A DNA stretch of 64,000 nt from assembly GCA_004431415.1 (NCBI GenBank), contig QPMI01000477.1, forward strand, positions 496,001 through 560,000, written 5' to 3'. Below, piece after piece: positions 34,601-46,267 of the stretch. A program made the translations under genes and the position numbers. The stretch comes from Cyanophora paradoxa CCMP329. Lineage: Eukaryota > Plantae > Glaucophyta. Position 1 is the first letter of the stretch. Each line of letters begins with the position of its first letter. Under the pieces are notes generated by a model. It saw nothing but the letters and a program-made list of their open reading frames with translations, searched no databases and was not told where the DNA came from.

Positions 34601-37600
34601 AGCGCGGCTGCTCAGCGGCTGCATCCGATATCCGGTCGCGATATCGATGCATATGCTGTGGGCCTGGCCGGGGCTGAGACCCGCGCCTGCAACACACACG
34701 TGCACGTGCACGCGGTTTATGCAAGGTAGGGCTAGCCGTTTAGTTTTGTTTAACGGTTGCAGCCTTTATTCCCGCTGGCCATGGTGGCTGCGGCTTGAAT
34801 ATTTGTGGCGCTCGCGATCGGTGTCCGCGTCCGCGGCCACGCGATTGCACGTGCAAAGAGTCGTGCGCGGCTCGACAAGCGGCTCTGGGGCCCGCTGTAC
34901 GTTGTAGCGCTGGCCCACGCGTGGGAGCCCGACAGTCGATTCCAGTCGCTAGCTTGACGCTCGCAATTGGCCTCGGTCTCCCTGGGACTCGGGAGGACGA
35001 GTCGAGCCCGTTGCGAGCTTCGATATCGATTCGTGTTTGGGCCGGGGGCCACAATCCGCGTTCTCGTAGGGGCGAGGCCCTAATTCACAGCTTTGCGACG
35101 TCCAGCGATCGAGCGTGATTGTGGATTCGCGACGCGGATATTCGCGGTGCCTAGGCTCGCCGCGAATTTCGCTGGGCTTGTGGCCGTGCCGGTTTTCGCA
35201 GGGCAGGCCGGTGCGGCCCGGTGGGCCGGGGCTGGGATCCCGATGCGGGTCGCCGTAGGCGCCTACGAGAGGGCCCTTGGGCGAGGGGCTCGCGAGGGGA
35301 CGAGCCAGGCAAGGCCCTAGGGCCGAGGGTCGCCTGAAAGTGCGACTGCTCCGAGCTCGGGGCTCGCAATTGCGCGGGTTCGAATGTGACGGGCCGTCCG
35401 TCAGATACGGGCTGGCCGGGCACTCCGAGGCTCGAAATATTCGATGGCGAATCTTTGAGTCCGGTCCCGATTATCGGATTTTCGCGATATCGATATCGGA
35501 CGGGCACGGCTTCCGCAGTGCCGGCCCGGCGGTGGGGACAGTCTGGCAGGAGAGAGCCGGAGCTGCGAGCCCGGGCAACCTCAGACCTCAAAAGGGCCGA
35601 GGGCCGCCTGCGATCGCGGCTGCTCCAAATCCGATCGCGAGGCTCGCGATAGTCGTTCCTTGCGATCCAAATTCGCAGGCCGGAACCCTGAATCGGGGCA
35701 ACGATTGCGAATTGACGGATCTCGATTATCAGATTCTCGCGGGTCATCGGACCCCATACGCATGGCCAGGCACGTGCACGGCAGCCACGGCGGGCTGGAG
35801 CGCGTGCAGCGGGCTCTGGGTTTAAATCCGAGCGAGCTAGCGTAACTTTGATCGTGAGCTCGAGCTCGCCTTGGCCAGAGGCGGCTCGGGACGACTTCGA
35901 AGCGCAGTGCCCGAGCTCCGAGGCTCGTTCACTGGCCGGGCTCGGAATTGGCGTAATTGAACCGTTCAACGGTGGGCAACGAGACCACCGTGGCACGATG
36001 TCGGCGATCGCGAGGCGCCAGCGCATCGGGGCGCCAGGCGCATTGGACGTTTCGGCGCGGGGCGCGGGTGCCGCTGTCAGCTTCGGGCCCTGCCAGGCTG
36101 AGGCAGGGCCTCCGGGACGCAGCCGCCAGCTGTTCGCAGGCAATTGCAAGCGCCGATCGCGGGCTAAGCCCGTCCTCTGGATTCGAGGCCAGGGACCGCA
36201 GCTACTACTGCGGGTAGCTGCAGAGGACTTCCAGGGCTCAGCGGCAAGCTGGCCGTGGACTGCGGGGCCTCGGGCCGAGGGGCGAGGGCCGTATACGCAT
36301 CGGCTTGAATATTTACAGGCGTTCGCATGGCCGTGCGATCACGATCTGCGCCCACCAGCCGCCGCGGTGCGGGTGGGGGGCAGAGCCAATATGCCATGAT
36401 GCCTGGGGCCGGGCCGGGTGCCTCCGCCTCTGAGAGAGGGCGAGACTCAACGGGCTCAGCGGCTCCGAGGCTCGAGTTCGAGGTCACGAGGCAGGCGGTC
36501 GCGACGTCGACGTCGACAGCGGGCCGGCGCCGTGCCGCGTGCACGGCGCTGTCGTAAGCGTGTACGTACACGTGACCAGCTTCGATCTCGAGCCGAGGGC
36601 GATCCCACGTTCACCGATCGGAGGCCGAGGCCGGGTTGGAACTTCGGAATTCGAAGTTCGAATTCAAGGCCCGCGATTTTGCGATCGGTCACCCGGGTCG
36701 GCGTAGGGCTGTGACCCGGCTTTGCAGCGCTCCTTGCTCGCAGCGGCGCGAGAGACGCTGTTCTCAGGCCTCTGGAGGCTCGTAGCGGCGCGAGATACAG
36801 GGCCGAGGCCTGGGGACCGTCGGACCGGGTACCGCAGGCCGACCGTGAGGCACGGCATTTTGCATGCGGGAACTCGACGGATCCCGAAGTCGCAGCACGC
36901 GAGATCAGCCATGGGCTCGATCCGTGCGCTGTGATAAGCGCCCTTGGTCCGGGCGTGCTGCGCAGCTTCGCAATCGCTCCTCTGACCATGGGGCCGGGCC
37001 CGGCCGGCTCGAACGGCAGCTCGGTGATGCGAACGGCAGCTCGGCGGTCGCGATCCCTGACCGCGAAGGCGAGGGCAACCGCGAGGGCGAGTCGCTGATC
37101 GTAATTCGATGGGGCCCGGCGGCCGAGACCGCGACCGACGGGTGTCGGCGGCCGAGACCGGAACGGCTTCGAATTTGTGCCTGGCGAAGCTCCAGACTCA
37201 GTTCATAAATTGAAACCGGGCCTTGGCACTGCCAGTCGCTCGCAGGCCTAGGGCTCAGCGGCTGTGGAGCCTCGGAGGCCTAGGCTGGGCAGCTCTGAGC
37301 CGTGGTGCACGTGCACGTGCTCGTGCACATGACTTCCGGCCCTCAGCTCGCGGCTGAGCTCGAGCTGTACCCGCTGGCCCATGGCACGTGCACGCAGCGG
37401 CAACGTTAACGGCGGGAGCCGAACTCGCAGTGCCAGCAGGTCCTGATCATGAGAGCCGAAATCGACTCGTAACCGGATCCAGGGCTCGGAAGCGAGCTCG
37501 AGCTCGATCGCGAGGCGCCGGGCCGGGCGGGCCGCCGGGCGTTTGAGCTGGCACAGTGGCGGCTTGCTCCGAGGCTTAGTCAACCGGGCCCAGAGCGTCG

Positions 37601-40600
37601 ACGTCTCGCTCGAAAAGCAAGCGTGAGCTTCGGGGTCCGGCCCGGCAGATCCGGGTCTCGGCCTGACAGCTTCCAGTCCGGATCGGAGAGCCTCGGGATC
37701 CGGAGTTGAGAGCTTGCATCGAGCAGGCCATGGCCAGGCCAGGTGCTGGCTCGCAGTGAGAGGTGCGCCGCGCGGCGCCCTCAATCTTGGGCCAGGCCCG
37801 ACTGCGCATGCGGGGCGTCTTGCGCTTTTTGCGACAGCTGTAGGCAGAGAGCCTCAGCAACTCGGGTCCCTTTCGAGCCTGGGGCTCGTGACGGCGTGAT
37901 TACGGTTTGAGCCGCGGGCCGGAGCTCGCCTCTCGAGCTCGAATCCGCAGTTGATATCGCCGTCGGCGCTAGCGCTAGCGCTAGGCTCGAGCTCGAGCTC
38001 TCGAGGACCATGGGGCCCATGCTAGGTAGCCAGGTGAACCTCGAGCTCGGGGGCCGCATGGGCCGGCTGTGCGTGAAACGCGCCACTCTCCGAGGCTCGA
38101 CGAGCCTCAGAAGTGCAGGCCGGGCCTCTAGCTCCGGGCCTGGTCGGGTAGCGGCTCGAATTCGAGCATCAAGGCCTCAGGATGCCGACCGGCGCTCCCG
38201 AATGCAGCACGCAGTGCTGCGGGAAGACCGTCGGACAGGCCTAGGGGCCGGTTGCGAGGCCTGGCGGCCCTGATCCGAGCTTGAAGCTCGTGCGGGGTAA
38301 ATTTCCAATTTCGCAGTCAAGGCCCCGAAGGAGCTTGCTGCGAAACCTAAACGCTCAGCCTGGCTCTCGATCGCGACTGCAGTCGAGCAGCCTGGCAGCT
38401 TCGAGGCAGGCAGTCGCAATCGCGATGGGGTTCGCCGGTCGTGCGTGGGCCCGGCATCAGGGCATCAGCTCTGGCCCTCTCGAGCGTCTGGCGCGCACCC
38501 TTGAGCTCGAGCTCTGAGCTCGAGGCTAGGGGCTCTAGCCGCCGGTCGCAAAGCCGGCTGGTAGCTCGATATGCGGTTCAGCACTAGCGGATTCCAAAGC
38601 GGCGATAGCGGCCGGATTGGAGCCGGATGCCAGTTGCAATCAGCCGGGGCCGACATTAGAGCTTAGCTCTGCGGCCCAAATTACAGCTGGAGCCGGAAGC
38701 CGGAAGTGGGCCCAAATTACAGCTGGCCGCTGGGCGTTCGAGGCGGCCGATGCCGCCCGACCCAGAGCTTACTTAGTGGAACTCAGTGTCCGGTGCCATG
38801 TGCATGGCGCCGGCCATGGGCTGGCCTGGCACGGCAGACCCCGGAACTCCGGCTTCGAATTCCACCCGATGCGGATATCGATCGGGAGTCAGCCGGTCCT
38901 CGGGATCGGCCGGCGAGCGCCAGTGGCGCGTGTTGTACTCGTCCCAGGGCTGCCACCTCAGGGCAGGGCCGCGGGGAAAGATCTCGTCAGGGTGCAGGGG
39001 CCGCGGCTCGGCGAACCCTCGAGCGCCCCACCGACGAGGTCCAGTCTCTGAGCGCTTTGGGACTTCCTCGGCAAGCGCGAGGGGAAAGTCGTTGGCGTCA
39101 CAGGCGTCCGGCGGGGCGGGCCCACCAGGCGGCGACTCGTCGCCGGCCTTGCCCGGAGCGTCCCCGGCCGGGGTCGTCGGGCATCCCCTCGTCAGAGGGA
39201 ATTTCGCGCTCCTCAGCGGCGGGGGCCCGGCCGGGCCCGGCTCTCGTTGCTTCGGAGCTTGAGGCGGCGGGGCTGGCCCAGGCACCGTCGGCGCAAAGCG
39301 TTCTGGCCACAGGGCGGCCTGCGGCCGCGCCTGCTTGCACGTGGCGGGGGCCTTGGCCTTAAGCTTCGCGAACCCCGCAGACGCGGCGAGCTTGGCGAGC
39401 TCAGCGGCTCGCGGGGGAGGCGTTGCGAGGCGCGTTTGAATTCGATTTTACAGCTCGAGCTCGTGATCTTGCATATGCATGATCAGATGCATGATCATGA
39501 TCAGCAGCTCGCGTACTGTGCACGTGCATACGCATGCGGTACTGCCGCGGCTTGCCATCGATATCATGATCATGGCGTCACACCCCCTTCTTGCTAGCAC
39601 CGTCCGCGGTGCTCCGCGAGAGAAGGTGTCACGGTGTGCCAGGTACCGGCTAGCTGCAGCTGCCGCAAGCTTGAGCTCGAGGCAGACGGCTAGCGCATAG
39701 CTAGTGCACAGCGGAATGCGAAAGATAAAGCGGCTCGAGCCCCTGAGGGCCGCGCTATCGATATCGATATCGCTTCGCGGCTCAAGCTCTTGATCATGAA
39801 GTGAGCTCGAGACCGCGTCTCATAGCTAGGCCTTCAGCTTATAATTGATCAAGCTTGAGCCTTGCGTCGACGTTCGATGTGTGTGCCGCTGGCGCCGAGT
39901 GCATCACCGTCACCGCGGCGTTGCGTCGGATCCGAGGCCATGGCCAGCGTGCAGGCGCTCATGATCATGATCAAGAGTTGAGGCCGAGAGAAGCATCAGC
40001 CGAGGGAAGGCTAATGCTCTCAAGCTCGAGATCTTGGCCATGGCGGGGCAAGAGGGCCCTGCCTGCAGGCAAGGCAGCAGGTGGGTCCGCTCTGCAGTCG
40101 GTGCCCTTGAGCTCCAGGTCTTGAGGGCATTCTCAGGTCAAGCGACGGCGTAAAGCCACGCTAGTCCATGAGATAATGTGCCTCACTCGAGATCCGAGGC
40201 CGTCGTGGTCCACAGCAGCGGCGAGCAAGCTCGGCTGCGGCGATTCTGGAGACAGCTCGGGCGCGCACGCCTCAGCCATCGATCCGATCGCTCTTCCTCT
40301 CGCCCGGAAGGAACTCGGGCGCGCGGCCTCAGTTCTCAATCCGGTCCACTCGCCGGAAGGAACTCGGGCGCGCGGCCTCAGTTCTCGATCCGGTCCACTC
40401 GAGCTTGTCCAGCACGATCGCAGCAGCCGTAGAGGGCTGGCGTCGCGGCGAGTGACTGGCGACCGACCGGGAATAGCACCCTCGGGCTCGCACGGCAGCT
40501 CGCGCAGGCGGCGTCGACGAATCCGACCGGGAATAGCACCCTCGGGTATTCGCGCGCGGGCCTGGCTTCCACAGGACTAAGTTCTGGCCGTCGTAACCGC

Positions 40601-43600
40601 GCTGAGCCAGAACCTCAGCCCGCGGCCGTGGGCGCCAGGCTAAGCCACGCGGCTGCCCCCACGTCTCCTCCAGATCCGCTGAAGGATCTGCGGGCGAGCG
40701 GCTCGCCTGGCTCTCTATAGCTGGCCAGCGACCGCCCGCGCTTTGTGGGGCGCGCGCGGCGCAGGCGAGGTCCGAGCCCGTACGCGTCCAGTGCCAGGAT
40801 CAAATCTGCCGACCCCAGCAGATCAAATCCCAAGGGCGAGGGCCAGGCGCGCACCCCGAGGGCCGTGCGCGTGCGCTGCGCCAGCACAGGCCGTGAAGAA
40901 CTCCGGCGCGAAGCGCTGGGCTCGGAGTGCAAGGCTAGCGAGAGCCAGCACAGCCGATCGACCAGACTCATGCACGCCTCGGTCCAGGGCGAGGCTCGCC
41001 AGTCGCCGGTCGTCGTAAAGGTCTTCTTTTATCTGCTCGAGGCCGTACGCGCGGCGCTGCGCGGCGGGGCGCGCGTACGGGCATGGGCGTCGAGGTTGTC
41101 CCTCGGGGATCTGGACAAGATCTGCGGCGTCCGTCGGCGAGGGCGACGGGAGGGCGCGTCCGACCGCATTTATCGGTTCTCCAGAGCTAGTTCTACGTTT
41201 CCGGTGCGCTGACGGAGAGCCTGGCGGCTCGCTGAGGCTGATCGCTGTGTGCGTATCGATCGCACGCCGATCCGGGCCCGCCGGTGCGCGGGGTCGCCGA
41301 TCGGCACTGAAACGATGTTTCTAGAGCTACTAGCGATGCGTGCGCATCGCTGATGGTCGCCGAAGATGACGGGCTGATGCTGTCGGAGGCTGCCCACGGG
41401 CCCAGTTCCGTGAGCAGTGGCGCCTGTCGGATGGGAGGTATTCCCACCCGATTGGGCACCCGCGCAGTACTGCGCGGGGCCGGCTCCCTGTGCTGGAGCA
41501 GCTGTAGATGCAGGCTGGTGTATTCACTGTGTACCCGGAAGACTACTGACTCTGTACCCCTAAGACAGGTAGAGGCAGGCCAGCGTAGGCTACCGAGAGG
41601 TAAGCCTACAGGAAGAGAGACTATGCTAAGCCACTCAGGCTACGTCAGGCACCAACTAGCTCTAGTCACTAAGTCACCGCAAGGCCAGGGAATCGAGCCA
41701 GGCGACACGCGTGTTGACCATTTGTGCTGATGCGCCGCACGTGTACATCTACACCAGTCATCCTCGCGCGAACAACGAGCTCACTCGGCTCAGGCCCTGT
41801 CGAGTTCGCCCTCCATCTGTCTGTCCTGCTCCGGCAAGCATCCACGCCCAGCTCGCCGCGCTGCAACCGTTGAACAGCTGACGCCGACGCCCACGCCCGA
41901 TCGTTCCGTGTGCAGATGCGGCGCGCTCGGGAGGCCCTGCATGACGCTGCTGTCGTGGTGCGTCCCCTCAGAATTTCGAAGCAACGAACGCGAGCCATCG
42001 CCCATTCCCGCTCTGACTCGTTCGACGATCCGCTCGCGATTGCGCCGGCGCGCAGCGTTCTGTGCGAAGCTCCCACGGCGGTCCTCGGCTTGCTCCTTCT
42101 GAAGAACATGTGCGCTGAGTTGGAGGGCTCTGGATCCGCCGCCGGGCCCCGCCTCTTCGCGTGCAGCGCGGCGGCCGCCGCTGCCCACGTTGCCCTCTCC
42201 ATTCTCGGCGCGCCCGACCCTCCGCATTCCCGCCTTTGCCCTTCCTTTCCGCTCACGCAAAGCAGTGACGCAGCACCTGGCTCTGGTCGAGCGAGACGAG
42301 GTGGAACGCGCGGTTCTGTGGGTGCGCCTGTGCAGATGTCTACGCTGATCATGAAGTGCAAAGTCTTCTGCGAAGATTGACCGGTTTCGCGCGCGGGCGC
42401 GCTGGCAGGAGCGTGCCCCGGTCGGCATCCTCGGAGTGGACGCGCGGGGCCGCGTGGAGGGCGCACCCAACGCGGCGGCGCGGGCGCTGCTGCGGCGGCT
42501 GGCGGAAGGCGAGCCGCTGGCCGACCTCTTCGAGGCGCCGTCCCGCGGGGCCGTTGAGGCGCTCCTCGCTCGGGCCCTGGATCTGGAGGGCTCCCAGCGA
42601 GCACCGGCCGGCTCCGCACTCTCAGTCGAGGCTCGGTCCGCTTCAATTTTGTTTTGAGCGGTTTTCGCGAGTGCGACTGTTTTCGCGATCGCGAGTGCGA
42701 CTGTTTTCGCAGGCTCGCGGGGCCCCCGCCGCCGGCAGCGGACGCGGAGGAGGAGGAGGACGGCGCTAGCGCTGTCGGGGCGGAACAAGGCTCGCGATCG
42801 CTTCGACGGAGGCGTCCGCCAGCTCGGGAACCCGCTGCGTGCGGATCCGGAGCTGACCCGGCCGGCCGCGGCCGCGGCGCGACCCGCGGGCGCGAGGGCC
42901 CCTGGGTGCGGCTGTGCGTGACGGGCGTGCCGGCCGTGGCGCGGGGCGGCGCCGCGCGGAGCGGCGCCGGCGGCGGCGGCGTGGCGGTGGCGGCAGCGGC
43001 GATCGCGACGCTGGAGGACGCGACGGCGCGGCGGGAGGCGGACGAGGCGGTGGGGCGGGCGCGGGCCCTCTCCGAGCGCACCGCCCGACGCAACGCCGAG
43101 TCCGCCGCCTCCGCCTCCGCACCCGCACCCGCACCCGCCGATCCCGCCCGCCTTAAAAAGCTTTACTAAGTGATGTTCTCTTGCACGAGTGCGCCGCCGC
43201 CGCCTCCGCCTCCGCCTCCGCACCCGCACCCGCCTCCGGATCCGCCTCCGCCTCCGCCTCGCCTCCGCCGCGCACGCGGCGAACACTTAATTTGCGTGGT
43301 CGACGTCGCAGGTTCGCGCTGATCGCGTTGCACGAGCTGCGGCAGCCGCTGGGCATCATCGCCGGCCTCGTCGACGAGCTCTGGGACGCCCTCCACCCAT
43401 CCACGACCGCACCCGACACCGCCGCCGGCGCCGGAGCCGCCTCAGCGTCGGCCGAGCCCGCGATCGATGCGGCCGGCGCGGATGAAGTGCTGGCGACGCT
43501 GCGGCGCACCGTCCGCTCGCTCTCGCTCATCACCGACGACATCGTCGATTTCTCCCGGTCCGCGCCTCTGGATCTTCAAAGAAAGTAAACTGGAGTGCAC

Positions 43601-46232
43601 GCTCTCTAGGCCGCTTTCTGGATGGAGGCCTTAGCCTTCTTATTTCTAGCTTTCCCAGCGCGCTTTCTCAGCCGTTTTCTTTCTTCGCGCAGTCTAGAGG
43701 TGGGCGCGGACATGGGCGGCGGGCTCCGCTACGGATGCGAGGAGCCGACCTCGGTGCGCTAATTTATGGGCGGCGCCCTAGCCCGTCTAGGGCGTTAATC
43801 TGAGTCGAAGCTTTCGAATTAAGGTCGCTTGAATCTTAAATAATGAGGTACAAGGCCGCTCCGTTCGGGTCTTAGAGACGAGCTTAATAGCGCACGCGTG
43901 TAGGTAGGCGCGCCCTCGACAGGCCCTCGAAATTGATCGGCCCGCCCGGCTGCGGCGGGCCGGCAGGTGCGGGCGCTGCTGGAGTGGGTGTACGACGCCT
44001 TCGCGGGGGCGGCCGGCGGCGTCGACCTTGCCGTCCGCGCCGAGCCGGCCTGCCCCCCCGTCGCCCTCCTCGACCGCCAGGTACGGCGCCCCGGCGGCCG
44101 CCTATATATCTATAGCTATGCAATAATATAAGCACCGGCCTATTTACGCATTAAGCAACGCTCTCGAATTCCGAAGTTCCGGCGTTGACGGGCGCTGCTG
44201 GCGCTCCCGCGCCAGCCCTCTCTCATGGCGCGCGCGCGCACACAGGGGATGCGGCACGCGCTGTCGAACCTGGTGCACAACGCGCTGCGCTTCACTCCCC
44301 AGGGCGGCCGCGTCGCCCTCGCCGCCCGCGCCCTCCGCCGCCCCGCTGGAGAAGGCGACGCCGGCCAAGAAGAAGAAGGAGAAGAAGGAGGAGGAGACTT
44401 GCTCGAGTTCGTCGTGGAGGACACGGGTGCGTCCCTTTCCCTCCTTCCTTTTCCTATCCGGATCCGTTCCGGATCCGCAGGCGTGGGGATCGCGGAGGGC
44501 GAGATCGAGGCCGTCTTCGAGCCCTTCCACCAGGCGAGCACGCCCTACCCCCCCCCCCCCCCCCTCCCCCTCCGCCCGCCCCAGAGATCTAGAGCCCAGC
44601 CCAGCCCAGCTGCAGCTCGCCCGCCTGCCTTCCCGCCCGCCCGCCCCATGGCCAGAGATGTTAAGCACCTCGAGATGTTACGGCCTCTAGATCTAGGCCC
44701 GCCCTAGACCTTCCACCAGGCCAGCCCAGCCCAGCCGAGCGCTAGCTATAGCCCGCCCGCCCTCGGCCCCCCATTGGCCTCCTACGCGTCTTGGCGTCTT
44801 CGAGCCCTTCGATTCCACCAGGCGAGCCCCCGCCCGGCCCGGCCCCGGCCCGCCAGCCCGCCCCAGAGAAGCGCCTTTCGGGTAAAGTCCCTTCGGCTCG
44901 TCTCTAACTTCTTATATATAATTATATTAGAGCTCAACTCGTGAGCCAGCGGCGGCCTCTAGATCTAGATCTAGGCCCGCCCTAGGCCTTCCACCATGCA
45001 AGCCATGGACATCCCGGGCACGGCCCCGGCCTGCGTGCAGCTGAATACGCTCCGCCGCGCTAAATCTCTGTTCCGCAGGGGCGGCGGAGCCCCTCCCTGC
45101 AGCGAACCCACGAGGGCACCGGGTGCGATTTTTCGCGTGGGATTTTCGCCGCGATTTTGCGGCTCCCTCCGATTTCGCGGGGCCCGGGCGCAGATTGGGC
45201 CTGCCGATCGCGCGGCGGATCGTCGAGGCGTGCGGTGGCCGCCTCTCCGTCGAGAGCCGCCCCGGCAGCGGTGCGAGCCCTTCGGCTTTCCCCTTCATGA
45301 TCAGCTTCGTTTCGCTCTCGAATCCTAATTCTCTTCGCCGCGGCCGTCGCCGCCTCACGCCTCACGTCTCCGCCACGCCCGCGAGGGATCTAGAGCCCGG
45401 CCCTAGCTTTTGAATTTAGCTTCGCTTTCGCGCCCGGTCGGTTCGATCTGATCGGGGGGCCGGGGCTGGCAGGGACGCGCGCGCGCGTGCGGGTGCCCCT
45501 GCGGCTCCCCGTACCCCCTGTCGACGAGTTCGACCCCTCCCTGGACTACGGCGCCGGCGCCGGCGCCGCCCTCTCCGGCTCCCGCGCCGCCCGCCGCTCG
45601 CCCTTCCTGAACGTCGGGCCCGCCGCCGCCCGCGCCGCGATGCCGCCGGCCCTCCGCGGCGCCCGCGCCGTCCTGCTCCTCGGGCCCGATCCGGAGGGCG
45701 GCGGCGCGGATCCGGATTCGGGGCTACTGGCCTTAAGCTTGTGCACGCCGGCTTCCATGCTTCGGTGGCGGCTGGAAGGGTGCGTGCGCTCGCGTGCAAG
45801 CGCGAAATACATCCGTCCGCGCGCAGCAAATTTATTCGAATATTTAACTTGCCTTGCGATGCCATTAGCCCACTGCCCTTCTTTCGCTCACACGCGCACC
45901 AGGCTCGGCGTCGAGGTGATGGATCCTGGGCCGGCGCCTGCTCCAGCCAGCCCCGGCGTCCCTGCAGCTGCAGGCCCGATCGCGAGCGATCCGGCCGCTC
46001 TGGCCGCCGGCCCAGCGCCAGCTGCGGCCCTGGCCGACCCCGCCCCCGCGGCCGGCCCCCGTTTCGACCTCGAGTTCGACCTGCGGGACCCTCCGGCGGC
46101 GCCCGAGCTCCGCGTCCTCTCGCGATCGCCGGGGGCGGCCGCGGGACGCGAGGCTGCGGGCGCCCTCGCCCTCGCCGCCCGCCGGCTGCCCGTCCCTTGC
46201 ACCCTCGGGGACCTCCTCGCCGCCCTCGTGCA

Positions 46233-46267
<35 letters not shown>

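Larger units (their letters stand above)
29097..41707 (-). mobile_element. Ty3/gypsy-type LTR retrotransposon, 12.6 kb, non-autonomous (decayed pol)
   Basis: Two 283-bp TGTC...GACA LTRs, identical by eye. 5-bp TSD CGCGT (29092-96 and 41708-12). PBS inside the right LTR and PPT inside the left LTR. RT then IN remnants lie on the minus strand in gypsy order. Confidence 0.95.
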
